DNA of 58,373 bases, filler included, from a bacterium (lineage in GTDB: Bacteria > CLD3 > SB21), in NCBI GenBank assembly GCA_013360215.1. It is 3 parts of 3 records of this genome, joined end to end, with 100 filler letters (N's around TTAATTAATTAA, not from the genome) between each part and the next. Parts side by side here need not be neighbours in the genome. Positions count along the whole stretch, not along the records: positions 1 to 19,972 come from JABWCP010000037.1; 2 more parts are not named here. The stretch is one strand, 5' to 3'. This document shows positions 1 to 10,333 of this stretch, piece after piece (within the stretch, counting starts at the first letter, position 1; each line of letters begins with the position of its first letter). Below the pieces are notes generated by a model that saw only the letters and a list, made by a program, of their open reading frames with translations, was not told the origin of the DNA and made no database searches. The translations under genes were made by a program, and so were the position numbers.

Positions 1-221
1 TAATAATCAGTTTTTGAAATATAATGAAATTACCAATCGACCGACGAAATTTTACGAAATTTACAACCAACCCTCGGGTTGGTTGTAAAACAACAAAACA
101 GGACATGTCTACTTTGGTAAAAACCGGGCATTCCTATTTTGCCTTGACACGGATAAATACCCGGCTTGCCTCTCTGAATAAGTTTGTGTAGCATACACTT
201 CAGAACAAAACGGGAGATTTT

Positions 222-944
222 ATGTCCGACGTATTTCTCAAGGCTCAATGGAAAAACCTTATCATGGCCAACTATGCCGTTGACCCATCGCTGCTCCGGC
301 CGTATGTGCCAAGCGGCACGGAATTGGATTCCTGGAAAGGCACATTTTACGTCAGCTTGGTGGGGTTTTTATTTGAAGATACACGTGTACACGGTCTGTC
401 GTTTCCTTTTCACAAGACATTCGAAGAAGTCAATCTGAGATTTTATGTACGGCGATTTGAATCCGGTGTATGGCGCCGCGGCGTTGTTTTTATCAAAGAG
501 ATTGTCCCGCGCAGTCTCATCACATGTATCGCCAATACAGTGTATCATGAGCATTATGCGACGCACGCGATGCGGCACCGTTTTACGTCCGATGCGCACT
601 GCAAAACATTTGAGTATAGTTTCAAATCGGCTAACGGCTGGAATACGATTTCAGCGAAAACGAATACCGAATCAATCGCGATGGCTGAAGGTTCGGAACA
701 GGAGTTTATTGCCGAACATTATTGGGGTTATACTCGCATCAACGAAAAAAAACTTGGCGCTTACGAAGTGCGGCATCCGCGTTGGGATATATATCCTGTG
801 ATGGATTACCATATCGCATGTGATATCGGAGGTCTGTACGGCGAACCCTTTGCCAAAACAATGGCCCGTAATCCGGATTCTGTTTTTGTGGCCAAAGGAT
901 CGCCGATCGAAGTAATGAAAAAAACCATTATAGAACATATCTAA
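222..944 (+). CDS. DUF2071/YqjF family protein
   Basis: 240 aa; FLKAQW, FEEVNLRFYV, GVVFIKE, EFIAEHYWGY and YEVRHPRW motifs; GGGAG RBS upstream. Confidence 0.85.
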   Translation: MSDVFLKAQWKNLIMANYAVDPSLLRPYVPSGTELDSWKGTFYVSLVGFLFEDTRVHGLSFPFHKTFEEVNLRFYVRRFESGVWRRGVVFIKEIVPRSLITCIANTVYHEHYATHAMRHRFTSDAHCKTFEYSFKSANGWNTISAKTNTESIAMAEGSEQEFIAEHYWGYTRINEKKLGAYEVRHPRWDIYPVMDYHIACDIGGLYGEPFAKTMARNPDSVFVAKGSPIEVMKKTIIEHI

Positions 945-957
945 AGTGACCACACGG

Positions 958-985
958 TTAAACTTTTGTAAATACTATACGTCTA
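958..985 (+). promoter_or_regulatory. Putative ECF sigma promoter
   Basis: TAAAC-N16-CGTCTA (AAC 961-963, CGT 980-982) upstream of the lipoprotein/barrel operon. Confidence 0.55.
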
Positions 986-1138
986 ATGAATGCCGACAAA
1001 ATCATATTTAACGGCATACAAGTTATCGTAATTATTTGTAAATAATCGCTTTGATTTTCGTGGTACAAGGACAAAAAAGGTCGTATAATCTAATAGTTTA
1101 TAAGAATTGATATTCTAGGATCGTAAGGAAGGTGCCTT

Positions 1139-2047
1139 ATGAAAGCCTCTTTTAAAAAAATACTCACGGTTTTGGTTTTTTCGCTGATTTGGAGCGGATG
1201 TTATACGGCTGTACGTCAATCGGGGGGGTATTACTCCGAGTTTGATCATGCCGATGCAAAACAACCGGAGATAACTCAAATTCAGTCATCGGATGAAGAC
1301 TCATCGGTTCAGGATGAAGAAGTCACTCCATCCTACGACGAAGATCGTGATATTTATATTCAAAACTATTATGGCCCGGAATATCCATATCCTTATGGTT
1401 ACTGGACACCGGGTTGGGTAAATTATCGTCATCCGTATTATTACGGCGCCGGGATGTATTTTGGCCCGCGTGTTCGACTGGCCTATGTCGGAACGTATTG
1501 GGGTTATGGTTATTACGATCCTTTTTATGATCCGTATTATTACTACGACGGATGGTGTTATTATCCGACCGGTTACGGTCATCATGATAATAATCCGATA
1601 CATCCGTCACAACAGCGTACGTATGGTGGGCGACGTGTCTATACCGCATCGTCAGCGCCTAATCTTCCCGGTATTGTGGGGGTCAGTGTAGCCTCGTCAG
1701 GCGGAGGCACAACGCAGCGCATCTATCGTACCGGCAATCGCACCTCCGGTGAGTCTAGAATTGACCAAGACCGTGTGCGCCGAAACTACCGTAAATATTA
1801 CGGCTTTGAAACGGGTGATAAGGCTGTCAATGCGGAAGCTGGCCGTAAATCCCGCAATGCCAATCGTGAAACAAGCACGCGTAATAAAGAAACACGCGAA
1901 ACCAGACAAGTACGCGATAATAATTCCCGCAATAATGGCGGAGAACGTAACGCGCGTTCCGGTGAAAGAAACAGCGGACGCTCCGGTCGTAGTGAAGGCC
2001 GATCCGGCGAAACCCGTTCTTCCGGGAAACGTTCGGCGAGAAATTAA
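1139..2047 (+). CDS. Putative lipoprotein with Tyr/Gly-rich middle and Arg/Ser-rich disordered tail
   Basis: Signal peptide with lipobox IWSG-C; AAGGAAGG RBS; low-complexity composition. Confidence 0.7.
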   Translation: MKASFKKILTVLVFSLIWSGCYTAVRQSGGYYSEFDHADAKQPEITQIQSSDEDSSVQDEEVTPSYDEDRDIYIQNYYGPEYPYPYGYWTPGWVNYRHPYYYGAGMYFGPRVRLAYVGTYWGYGYYDPFYDPYYYYDGWCYYPTGYGHHDNNPIHPSQQRTYGGRRVYTASSAPNLPGIVGVSVASSGGGTTQRIYRTGNRTSGESRIDQDRVRRNYRKYYGFETGDKAVNAEAGRKSRNANRETSTRNKETRETRQVRDNNSRNNGGERNARSGERNSGRSGRSEGRSGETRSSGKRSARN

Positions 2048-2050
2048 ATT

Positions 2051-2647
2051 ATGAAATACATTGGTCTTTTAATCACAATCCTTGTGTCATTGTACAGTAG
2101 TGCGTGTTATACCGTTGTCGGTGTTTCCCGTTCGGATGATCGTATCCAAAACGAAGCAACCGAATCCGAGCCCGATTTTGCCGCTTACGATCCGTATGGT
2201 GTTACACCGTCGACGATGTGGGAGTACTATTACGAAACACCGTTTCCTTGGTGGTATGTGCCGTATGCGGATGAATACGATGCGTTTGACGATACGACAA
2301 CGGCTACTGATCCTACCGAAACATCATCGTATTCGTCATCACGCAGAAATTACGGGAGACGCCGTGCGGCGCTCAATGACGCGTCGTCCGGGTCTTCTGT
2401 TTCGACCGGTTATGCTTCACCCGTTTATAGCCCGGGTGGAACGACGCCGTCGTTTGTACCTTCGTATTCTACCGGATCAAGCGCTTCCTATAGTAGTCCA
2501 TCCACGCCGGTTAAAACAGACTCTACAGTACAATCCGGATCCGGTAGTTCGGATTCTAATTCTAATTCGTCCACGAAGACTCAAGATACGAACAGAAAAA
2601 GAGGTTACGGAAATCGCAGAACTGCGAAAAGCGGAGACAAGAAATAA
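2051..2647 (+). CDS. Putative Ser/Thr/Tyr-rich lipoprotein
   Basis: Lipobox-like YSSA-C followed by YTVV; starts 3 nt after the previous stop. Confidence 0.65.
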   Translation: MKYIGLLITILVSLYSSACYTVVGVSRSDDRIQNEATESEPDFAAYDPYGVTPSTMWEYYYETPFPWWYVPYADEYDAFDDTTTATDPTETSSYSSSRRNYGRRRAALNDASSGSSVSTGYASPVYSPGGTTPSFVPSYSTGSSASYSSPSTPVKTDSTVQSGSGSSDSNSNSSTKTQDTNRKRGYGNRRTAKSGDKK

Positions 2648-2652
2648 CTGAG

Positions 2653-3993
2653 GTGATATACATGAAGTTTTTATCGTATGGGATGAGTTTATTTTTTTAT
2701 TCATTTATTTTGTTGGCACAAAATGAAAATAATGCTGTGCGGCCTTTTATGAACGAATTTGGTCCCGGTGCGCGGGCATTGGGTTTGGGTGGAGCTTATT
2801 CTGCAATTGCCGAAGATTATACCGCCGTATATTGGAATCCGGCAGGGCTTGCGCAAATACGTAAAATGGAATTTTATACAGCGTTTGCGCATCGAAATAA
2901 TACTAATGCCATCACATACCAAGGTACGCGTACAGAGACATCCAACGGTTTTACAAGCATGAACGCTTTAGGATTTGTATTTCCGGTTCCCACAACGCGC
3001 GGAAGCCTTGTGTTGGCTTTCGGTTTTCATCGCGTCAACTCATTTGACGATTACAATCGCGTGACCGGTTCGCCGATGATCGGTAATATAAGTTTTGATC
3101 AGGATGAAAAAACTACAAATACCGGTAGCCTTAACCATTGGAGTTTTGCCGGTGCGCTTGATCTGACGCGCAATGTTTCAGTCGGTGCAACACTCAATAT
3201 TGTTACTGGGAAAAATGATCTAAGTGTAGATTTTTTTCAGGATGATGAGATTGCCATGCTTGATGACAGCATTGCTACAAAAGAAGTATCCTTCGCTGAA
3301 AAACCGGACTATTCGGGGTTTAACTTCAAAATCGGAACTCTATTTCGCCCCGCAAAAAACCTGCGTGTTGCTCTCACGGTAACGGCACCTACAAAAATCA
3401 CAGTTTCAGAAAATTACTCCGAATCCACGACCATCAAAACGGACAACGACGGATATTATTCGGATTCATGGTATGAGCCCTACAAGTATCATATTACAGC
3501 GCCTTGGAAATTTGAGATTGGCAGTTCATACAAATACAAACTTGCACTTTTTACAGGCTCTGTCGAATGGGTGGATTGGCAACAAACACGATTCAGTTCT
3601 AATATATTTGATGCCGATGGAAAAAATATAGACGATGCGATCAACAACGCATTACTCAATGATTATCGTACATCGGTAAATTATCGTATCGGCACAGAGA
3701 TGGTAGTCCCTCAGATCGGTTGTAAAGTTATGGCCGGATACGCTTACCAACAATCGCCTTATAAAAATGGCCTTGAGATCGTTAATAGCGATCACCGTTA
3801 TATTTCTGTTGGTGCAAGTTTTCTCTTAGACGAACAGGTTAAAATAGACGCTGCTTACCAATATGGATGGTGGAAGCAGGCAACAACCGATAATTTATTG
3901 GCCTATGGACCTTCGCCGGATTATTATAACCGGTACACCTCTGAAAAAATAACATCTAAAAAACTTCTGCTCAGTTTAAGTTACCGTTTTTAG
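2653..3993 (+). CDS. Outer-membrane beta-barrel, FadL/OmpP1/TodX-like
   Basis: GARALGLGGAY...YWNPAGL N-terminal signature; amphipathic strands; C-terminal LSYRF. Confidence 0.8.
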   Translation: MIYMKFLSYGMSLFFYSFILLAQNENNAVRPFMNEFGPGARALGLGGAYSAIAEDYTAVYWNPAGLAQIRKMEFYTAFAHRNNTNAITYQGTRTETSNGFTSMNALGFVFPVPTTRGSLVLAFGFHRVNSFDDYNRVTGSPMIGNISFDQDEKTTNTGSLNHWSFAGALDLTRNVSVGATLNIVTGKNDLSVDFFQDDEIAMLDDSIATKEVSFAEKPDYSGFNFKIGTLFRPAKNLRVALTVTAPTKITVSENYSESTTIKTDNDGYYSDSWYEPYKYHITAPWKFEIGSSYKYKLALFTGSVEWVDWQQTRFSSNIFDADGKNIDDAINNALLNDYRTSVNYRIGTEMVVPQIGCKVMAGYAYQQSPYKNGLEIVNSDHRYISVGASFLLDEQVKIDAAYQYGWWKQATTDNLLAYGPSPDYYNRYTSEKITSKKLLLSLSYRF

Positions 3994-3996
3994 CCG

Positions 3997-4992
3997 ATGA
4001 AAATAAAAAACTATCGTTTGATCATACACGGCGGAATTATTTCCGCCTTTTTATTATATAGCTTCACGCTTTCAGCGCAGGTACGTCCTTTAGATCAGGC
4101 GATATTGCGGCCCGGATCAGGCGCTTATTCCGATGTGATGCACATCAAGGGAGAAACAATCAAAGCTATGGTGGCCGCCTTGTCTGCGGATTCTATGGAA
4201 GGACGTGCGACGGGAACACGTGGATTTGATAAAGCCGCACGATGGGTGAAAGAATTTTTTGTTCAACACGACATTCAACCTTTACCCGGAGGATATTTTC
4301 AGGATTTTACGGTACCAACTTCTGTATTAAAAGAACGGCTGCATTCAAACGAATGGTCAAGCGAAACGGCTTCGACAAAAAACATTATCGGGTATATAGC
4401 GGGAAATGATTCTCTCCGGCGCGATGAGTTTATTGTTTTAACGGCACACCTGGATCATCTGGGAAAAGAAGGCGATTCGATCTATGCCGGGGCTAATGAT
4501 AATGCGAGCGGGGTTGCATCCGTGTTGCAGATTGCGCGATGGATCAAAGAATCCAAAACCGGTTTGGGGCGTTCGGTGGTTTTTATTTTGTTTAGCGGCG
4601 AAGAAGCCGGTTTATTAGGGTCTTATCATTTTGTAGAAAACCCATGGATTGATCTTAACAAAATCCGCCTGTTGATTAATCTTGATCTGGTTGGTTCGGG
4701 TCGTGACGGTATCATGTTACAAGGATCGGAAAACTATCCCGATTATGCGGTGCGAATAAAAAAAATAAATGATGAGTGGTTTGGTTTTGAAATGAGTACG
4801 CGACCTAATTCGCCGAACTCAGACCACTATTATTTCAACAAAATAGGATTACCGGCATTTTTTGTGTATGCCTATCGTGGCACAATGCCCTACCATGCAC
4901 CCGGCGATACCTCAGAAAAGATTGATGAAAAGGTTTTAGAGAATGTTACCCGATGGGTTGCGGCGATGATTGTAGCATTTGGAAACGAATAA
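3997..4992 (+). CDS. M28 family aminopeptidase
   Basis: MEGRATG, AHLDHLG, GANDNASG, FSGEEAGLLGS, NLDLVG, SDH and YH motifs. Confidence 0.9.
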   Translation: MKIKNYRLIIHGGIISAFLLYSFTLSAQVRPLDQAILRPGSGAYSDVMHIKGETIKAMVAALSADSMEGRATGTRGFDKAARWVKEFFVQHDIQPLPGGYFQDFTVPTSVLKERLHSNEWSSETASTKNIIGYIAGNDSLRRDEFIVLTAHLDHLGKEGDSIYAGANDNASGVASVLQIARWIKESKTGLGRSVVFILFSGEEAGLLGSYHFVENPWIDLNKIRLLINLDLVGSGRDGIMLQGSENYPDYAVRIKKINDEWFGFEMSTRPNSPNSDHYYFNKIGLPAFFVYAYRGTMPYHAPGDTSEKIDEKVLENVTRWVAAMIVAFGNE

Positions 4993-5050
4993 CCCCGAAA
5001 TATTTTTACGTCGTTCTTTACGATCCGAAAAAAATACTTCGGGGTTTTTT
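4991..5050 (+). terminator. Hairpin/terminator between convergent genes
   Basis: AACCCCGAA(A)TATTTTT...AAAAATA(C)TTCGGGGTT followed by a T run. Confidence 0.6.
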
Positions 5051-5154
5051 AGCTATACAGTTTACTTTCTCGGAACTGGTACCGGCACGGGTTCAGGTTG
5101 CTTTCCAAAAAGTCGTTTTAAGATTTCTATCAGTTGTTCCATAAACCTTTGATT

Positions 5155-6090
5155 TTAGTTTCGGGCAAGAATGCGTATGTCGCCACCGGAAGTGTGTGCG
5201 CGTATCAATTCGCCGCCGCCGTTGATTGTGCCACGTACTTTGTTTTCACGCATTTTCCCGTTGACCATGATCGGTAAATCAAACTCAACCTCACCACCGC
5301 TCGTGGAGGCGTCTATCGTTGCGGCAATGTTTTTGGGGAGATACAGCGCGATGTGACCGCCTGATGTTTCCACATTAACGCCTTTATTGTTACCGCTCAC
5401 GTATACCTCAATATGTCCGCCGGATGTTTCAGCATTGGTGCGACCGTTGATGTCTTCGATACGGATACTACCGCCGGATGTGGAAACATCCAAATCGCCG
5501 TTAATATTGCTCATACTCACATTTCCACCGGAGGTTCTCAAGTTGAGATTACCTGTCGTTGATTTGGCACGAATATTACCACCGGAAGTTTTGAGTTCGG
5601 CATTACCATTGATATTCGTCAAATCAAGATTACCACCGGATGTCCCACCTTGGATTAACCCTTTTACGTCCTGAATGGTAATATTTCCACCGGCCGTGCC
5701 TAAAGAAACATTATATTGCGAAGGAACATTGACGATATAATCAACATCCATTGAGTTACTATTATGGCCAAAGAAATTGTTTTTTCTCATCCAGTTGCCG
5801 CGAATAGTCACATCATTACCTGTTTTTTCCGCCGTAATTTCAAAATCTTTAAGGTCGTCATCCGAACCGCGCATACGCGCCATGATAGAAACCTTGTCAT
5901 CGGAAGAGCCCACGATTTTGATCGAACCAAAGTCTGTAGTCAAGGTAAGTTGGCCGCCCGGTGATACAGGAAATGAACGTGTAAATTCTTTGACTGCAAC
6001 GACCGAACCCGATGCTGCGGTGTTATCGGTCGCCGAAACAGTGAAGGCTACCAACAGTGTCAGCGTGAGAAATAATTTTTTCATATACAT
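5155..6090 (-). CDS. DUF4097 family beta-strand repeat exported protein
   Basis: Signal peptide; many TSGG(N/D/H)I repeats. Confidence 0.85.
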   Translation of the reverse strand: MYMKKLFLTLTLLVAFTVSATDNTAASGSVVAVKEFTRSFPVSPGGQLTLTTDFGSIKIVGSSDDKVSIMARMRGSDDDLKDFEITAEKTGNDVTIRGNWMRKNNFFGHNSNSMDVDYIVNVPSQYNVSLGTAGGNITIQDVKGLIQGGTSGGNLDLTNINGNAELKTSGGNIRAKSTTGNLNLRTSGGNVSMSNINGDLDVSTSGGSIRIEDINGRTNAETSGGHIEVYVSGNNKGVNVETSGGHIALYLPKNIAATIDASTSGGEVEFDLPIMVNGKMRENKVRGTINGGGELIRAHTSGGDIRILARN

Positions 6091-6116
6091 CCCTTCTCGT
6101 TTTTTGGACTTTTTAT

Positions 6117-6143
6117 AAAACGAGATTCGGCGGAAAAAGTTTC
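6117..6143 (-). promoter_or_regulatory. Putative ECF sigma promoter
   Basis: Minus strand GAAAC-N16-CGTTT about 30 nt upstream of the DUF4097 start. Confidence 0.55.
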
Positions 6144-6180
6144 GGAAATAAATTTGTATTTCGAACCAAGCCCAAAGGCC

Positions 6181-6215
6181 AAAAAAAAGAGGCTATCTTA
6201 AGACAGCCTCTTTTT
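6181..6215 (-). terminator. Intrinsic terminator after hbd
   Basis: A-run, GAGGCTATCT-TA-AGACAGCCTC, T-run. Confidence 0.75.
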
Positions 6216-6237
6216 ATGTCGTAATTTTGATTTTAAA

Positions 6238-7143
6238 TTACTTAACGAAATTCATCACGTCTTTATTGACGACGGGTGTCCCTGATGAATAATCGTAAAA
6301 GCCTTTGCCGTTCTTACGGCCATAAAAGCCCGCTAAAAACATTTTGCGAAGCAGCGGGGGGCAAGAATACATCGGTTCGCCGTATTCTTTGAACATGATT
6401 TCAGCGATACGGTAGGTCGTGTCAATGCCGACGAAATCTAAAAGCGTCAGCGGACCCATGGGATAACCGCAACCGAGCATCATACCTTTGTCGATATCTT
6501 CGATGGAAGCGATGTTATTTTGTACGGCACGGATCGCACCGAGGAGATAAGGCACTAAAAGGAAATTGACCACGAATCCGGAATTGTCTTTTGTTGCGAT
6601 CGGTGTTTTACCAAATGCTTTGCCCAATTCGAAAGCCGTATTAAATGTTTCTTCCGACGTACGTACGGCTTTTACGATTTCAACCAGTTTCATGACCGGT
6701 ACCGGATTGAAAAAGTGCATACCGCAGAAACGGTCGGGGCGATTGGTTGCGGCGGCCATTTCCGTCACGGTAAGGCTGGATGTATTGGAAGCAAAAATCG
6801 TATGCGGAGGACAGATCTTATCAAGATAAGCATACGTTTCGTTTTTTATTTTTACATCTTCGATAATGGCTTCGATGATAAAATCGCAGTTTTTCAGATC
6901 ATCTAAACTGGTCGTGCCGGTGAGATTAGCGATGGTTTTATCTTTTTCTTCGGCCGTGATTTTACCTTTGGCGGCATTACGTTCCAATTGTTTTTTGATA
7001 TTTCCGACGCCTTTATCAATCACGTCCTGGTTTACTTCGCGAACGATCGTTTTAAATCCCGATGCAGCGGCGACCTGAGCAATACCGGCGCCCATAAGGC
7101 CGCAACCCAATACGCCGACGGTTTTGATGTCTTTGACTTCCAT
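6238..7143 (-). CDS. hbd: 3-hydroxybutyryl-CoA dehydrogenase
   Basis: GCGLMGAGIA Rossmann motif, IEAIIED, ASNTSSL, GMHFFNPVPVMKLVE, GYPMGP. Confidence 0.92.
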   Translation of the reverse strand: MEVKDIKTVGVLGCGLMGAGIAQVAAASGFKTIVREVNQDVIDKGVGNIKKQLERNAAKGKITAEEKDKTIANLTGTTSLDDLKNCDFIIEAIIEDVKIKNETYAYLDKICPPHTIFASNTSSLTVTEMAAATNRPDRFCGMHFFNPVPVMKLVEIVKAVRTSEETFNTAFELGKAFGKTPIATKDNSGFVVNFLLVPYLLGAIRAVQNNIASIEDIDKGMMLGCGYPMGPLTLLDFVGIDTTYRIAEIMFKEYGEPMYSCPPLLRKMFLAGFYGRKNGKGFYDYSSGTPVVNKDVMNFVK

Positions 7144-7170
7144 GCGAATACTCCTCTTGGATGGTTATGT

Positions 7171-7671
7171 TTATTTTTTTTGTATGATCTTCGTGCGGAC
7201 GATCCACGCGTCGGGATAACCGGCTTGTTTGGCTTCGGTTCTCTTCATTTCGGCATCGTCGCGTTGTATAAAATTTCCCGCGCGAACTTTATGATATGGC
7301 GGTTCATAATCAAGATAAATTTCGCCGCTCAAACGAACGCTTACGGAGTCTCTTATTTCCAACGCTTCATAATAATCCGTTGTAGAAATGAGCTGTACCC
7401 GGTATCCGATCACAGAGGTTTCTTTACCGGAAGATGTAACTACAACTTCGGCCGGTTCGGTATAAGGTTGAATGGTTACTTCATATGTTCGCGGTTCGAT
7501 GATCCACGGATCATTGAGCGTTGTAAAATCAAACGGTTTTACCGAATGGTCGTGCTGAGGAAGGGGCTGTATGATCGGGGACGGCTCTGCCGACGCGGTT
7601 TGTTTGACATTGTGCGCACCGCACGACAAAATAAAATTCATACTAAAAAATATGTATCCGATTTTCTTCAT
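7171..7671 (-). CDS. SPOR-domain lipoprotein
   Basis: Lipobox ILS-C; C-terminal GYRVQL...PYHKVRAGNF...GYPDAWIV. Confidence 0.8.
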   Translation of the reverse strand: MKKIGYIFFSMNFILSCGAHNVKQTASAEPSPIIQPLPQHDHSVKPFDFTTLNDPWIIEPRTYEVTIQPYTEPAEVVVTSSGKETSVIGYRVQLISTTDYYEALEIRDSVSVRLSGEIYLDYEPPYHKVRAGNFIQRDDAEMKRTEAKQAGYPDAWIVRTKIIQKK

Positions 7672-8327
7672 GCCGCCAAATGCGTTTTGAGATCAGAGAG
7701 ACGTGGGATGATCAAATCCGGATTCAAGGTTGCCAATTCTTCGGTCGAATGCATCCCGGATGTTACGGCGATAACAAAAACATTTGCTGATTTTGCCGCT
7801 TTGATATCCAAAGGACTGTCGCCGATGTAAACCGTTGTTTCGGGTGTGCCGGCTAATTCCTCAATAGCTTTGATCAATCCTTCCGGATGAGGCTTGAGAT
7901 GCGTGACGTCTTCGTACCCGATGACAATATCGAAATAATCATCCATTTCCTTTTCGATCAGCGTTTCCCATATCGTGGAGCGTCTTTTAGTAGAGACTAT
8001 GCCCAGTGTATAAAGTTCGTTATATAAGAATTCCAGTGTTTCGCGCACACCGTCCAGCATGACCGTATTGCGAACCATAGCACCGGTATCGGCATGCTCC
8101 ATAAAAAGAGATTTACACGTTTGTATTTTTTCTGCATCCGACGGGTCAATAAAACGAGCAAATGTATCTTCGAGCGAATAACCGATCATACGACGAATGG
8201 CGTCCGGGTGTCCTGGCGGCGCCCCCACTTTTTCCAGAGCAAAATTAACACAGGTGATGATACCTTCGGAAGAATCAGCAAGCGTATAGTCAAAATCAAA
8301 AAGAATTTGATGGATATTTTTATTCAC
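7668..8327 (-). CDS. HAD family phosphatase (Gph-like)
   Basis: [10 protein letters not shown] motif [14 protein letters not shown]. Confidence 0.88.
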   Translation of the reverse strand: MNKNIHQILFDFDYTLADSSEGIITCVNFALEKVGAPPGHPDAIRRMIGYSLEDTFARFIDPSDAEKIQTCKSLFMEHADTGAMVRNTVMLDGVRETLEFLYNELYTLGIVSTKRRSTIWETLIEKEMDDYFDIVIGYEDVTHLKPHPEGLIKAIEELAGTPETTVYIGDSPLDIKAAKSANVFVIAVTSGMHSTEELATLNPDLIIPRLSDLKTHLAA

Positions 8328-9951
8328 CGATTTTAAAACGCTTAACTGTTTTTTGAAGTGTCGTGGTAAGGTTATTAAGATATTCGGCGGACTTGGCTAT
8401 TTCGTTGATACCGCCGGCGATTTGTTGTGTTGCCGTATTGATCACTTTGACATTATCCGTGATCTGATCGCCCGTAACGGATTGCTCCTGACTCGAGACG
8501 GCTACCTGACTGACCATCATGGTGACATTTTTGAAGACGTCTGAAATTTCCTTCAAGCTGGACTTGGCTTCTTGTGAAAGACGTATGCCATTGGCGGCTT
8601 CTTCATTGCTACGTCCCATCAGATTGACAGCTTCGTTTACGTTGACCTGTATCTTGGATATGATGTCATTGATCTCGGTGGTGGAATGAGCCGTACGTTC
8701 GGCCAGTTTTTTGATTTCATCAGCTACAACTGCAAAACCTTTACCTTTTTCGCCGGCGCGTGTTGCTTCAATCGACGCATTAAGTGCGATCAGGTTCACT
8801 TGTTTAGTAATGTCGTCAATGATACTTACAACCTTAGTAATTTTTCGGCTGGATTCGGATAAAGAATTGACAACATTGGAAGACTGCTGAACCATGGCCA
8901 GCATTTTTTGCATACCGTCCACCGTTTCATCAATCACTTGCGAACCTTTATCGGCGCTACTCTGTGCGTGAATGGCCATTTCTTTGGTATTGCCGATATT
9001 GTGAGCGATCTCATAACTGGTTTTGCTCATTTCTTCGATAGCGGCGGTTACGCTGGCTGTTTGGCCCATTTGATCTTGTGCATTGCGCGCCATGTTTTCC
9101 GTACTCACGCCGATCTGTTTACTGGATGAAGATACAGCGGCGGTCGCATCGGCTACTTCGCGCAAGATCATGCGGAATGAGCTTAAGAAGCTATCCACGG
9201 TTTGCACCAATTGTCCGATTTCGTCCTTACGTTGCATATCAAACCGGGTATTCACACCATCGCGGTTGATCTTGAACGCAGCCTCACGTACCGGCAAAGC
9301 GATAGTCCGGGCAATGAGTGTACTAAACAAAATGCCGATTAACACTATAACTGTAGTTTCTATTATCAATGTCCATCTGGAATTTGAAAAATCATTTTCA
9401 AGATTGCTGACGCTTTTATTGATAAGTCCGGCTGTGATTTTTTTTCCATTGTCGCAGTAATCCATGACACGTTGATATGCCGCATCAAAATAAATATCTG
9501 ATTCCGTTCCGGCTTCTGATTTTATTTTTTGCTTTTTCAGTTCTAAGCGTTCATCTGCCGCATTGACCATATCCACCAATGCATACCGAATGCTTGTGAG
9601 TATCTCAATCAAAGCCGTGTCTTTGACAGCGGAATACGTTTGATTATCACGAGTCCCGCCATCTAATAATACGGATGCGTATTCGATGCCACCATTCCAA
9701 TGATTGTAAACTTCTTCCATACGAACCGAATTATCGCCGGACAACATTTCCTCAAACCAAAGGTGCCCCTTGGTCGTATGGTATTGAATTTCGACAATAG
9801 CGTTTTGCGCAGGTATCACATCTATTGCTGCTTTGGACATGCCAAACAAATCGGACATCTTGCTGATCGCAAAATAGGATAAGCCGATTAACATGGCGAG
9901 CAACGTGCCAAAACCGATGAGTAGTTTATACGTGATTTTGAGGTTTCTCAT
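8320..9951 (-). CDS. Methyl-accepting chemotaxis protein
   Basis: Two TM helices, HAMP (RKDEIGQL), signalling hairpin [28 protein letters not shown]. Confidence 0.93.
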   Translation of the reverse strand: MRNLKITYKLLIGFGTLLAMLIGLSYFAISKMSDLFGMSKAAIDVIPAQNAIVEIQYHTTKGHLWFEEMLSGDNSVRMEEVYNHWNGGIEYASVLLDGGTRDNQTYSAVKDTALIEILTSIRYALVDMVNAADERLELKKQKIKSEAGTESDIYFDAAYQRVMDYCDNGKKITAGLINKSVSNLENDFSNSRWTLIIETTVIVLIGILFSTLIARTIALPVREAAFKINRDGVNTRFDMQRKDEIGQLVQTVDSFLSSFRMILREVADATAAVSSSSKQIGVSTENMARNAQDQMGQTASVTAAIEEMSKTSYEIAHNIGNTKEMAIHAQSSADKGSQVIDETVDGMQKMLAMVQQSSNVVNSLSESSRKITKVVSIIDDITKQVNLIALNASIEATRAGEKGKGFAVVADEIKKLAERTAHSTTEINDIISKIQVNVNEAVNLMGRSNEEAANGIRLSQEAKSSLKEISDVFKNVTMMVSQVAVSSQEQSVTGDQITDNVKVINTATQQIAGGINEIAKSAEYLNNLTTTLQKTVKRFKIGE

Positions 9952-10333
9952 AAGCCCTCGTAGGGGTATATATTGTCTTGTATGTAATTATATAAGCTTG
10001 CGAATTGCCGTTGATGCTTTATTTCTACACTTGATTCACGATATGAATCGCATAGTTATTTTGGTAATGCAACAAACGAACACACTTTAACTATAAGACT
10101 ATGAGCTATATTACAGCATTCGTCTTTGGAATAATTCTTGACGAAGTTTTGATTCTAAACAAGCAAATAACCGAAAATTTAACCGGTATCAAAAGAAATG
10201 CGTGTAAACTTACCGAATCAGCGTTAAAGATGCAAATAGGATTGTTAGTCACATCCGGTGGAGAGGAACGATTCGCACGGGCCTTTTATTTGCTTAAATC
10301 GTTAAGCAGGTCATACGTCAACGAGGTTAGAAT

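Noticed and set aside
5180-5700. Recurrent CCACCGGA-like DNA repeats
   Set aside because: Explained by the TSGG protein repeats of DUF4097.
6988-7830. 280-aa plus-strand ORF
   Set aside because: Antisense shadow of hbd, SPOR and HAD genes with no motifs.
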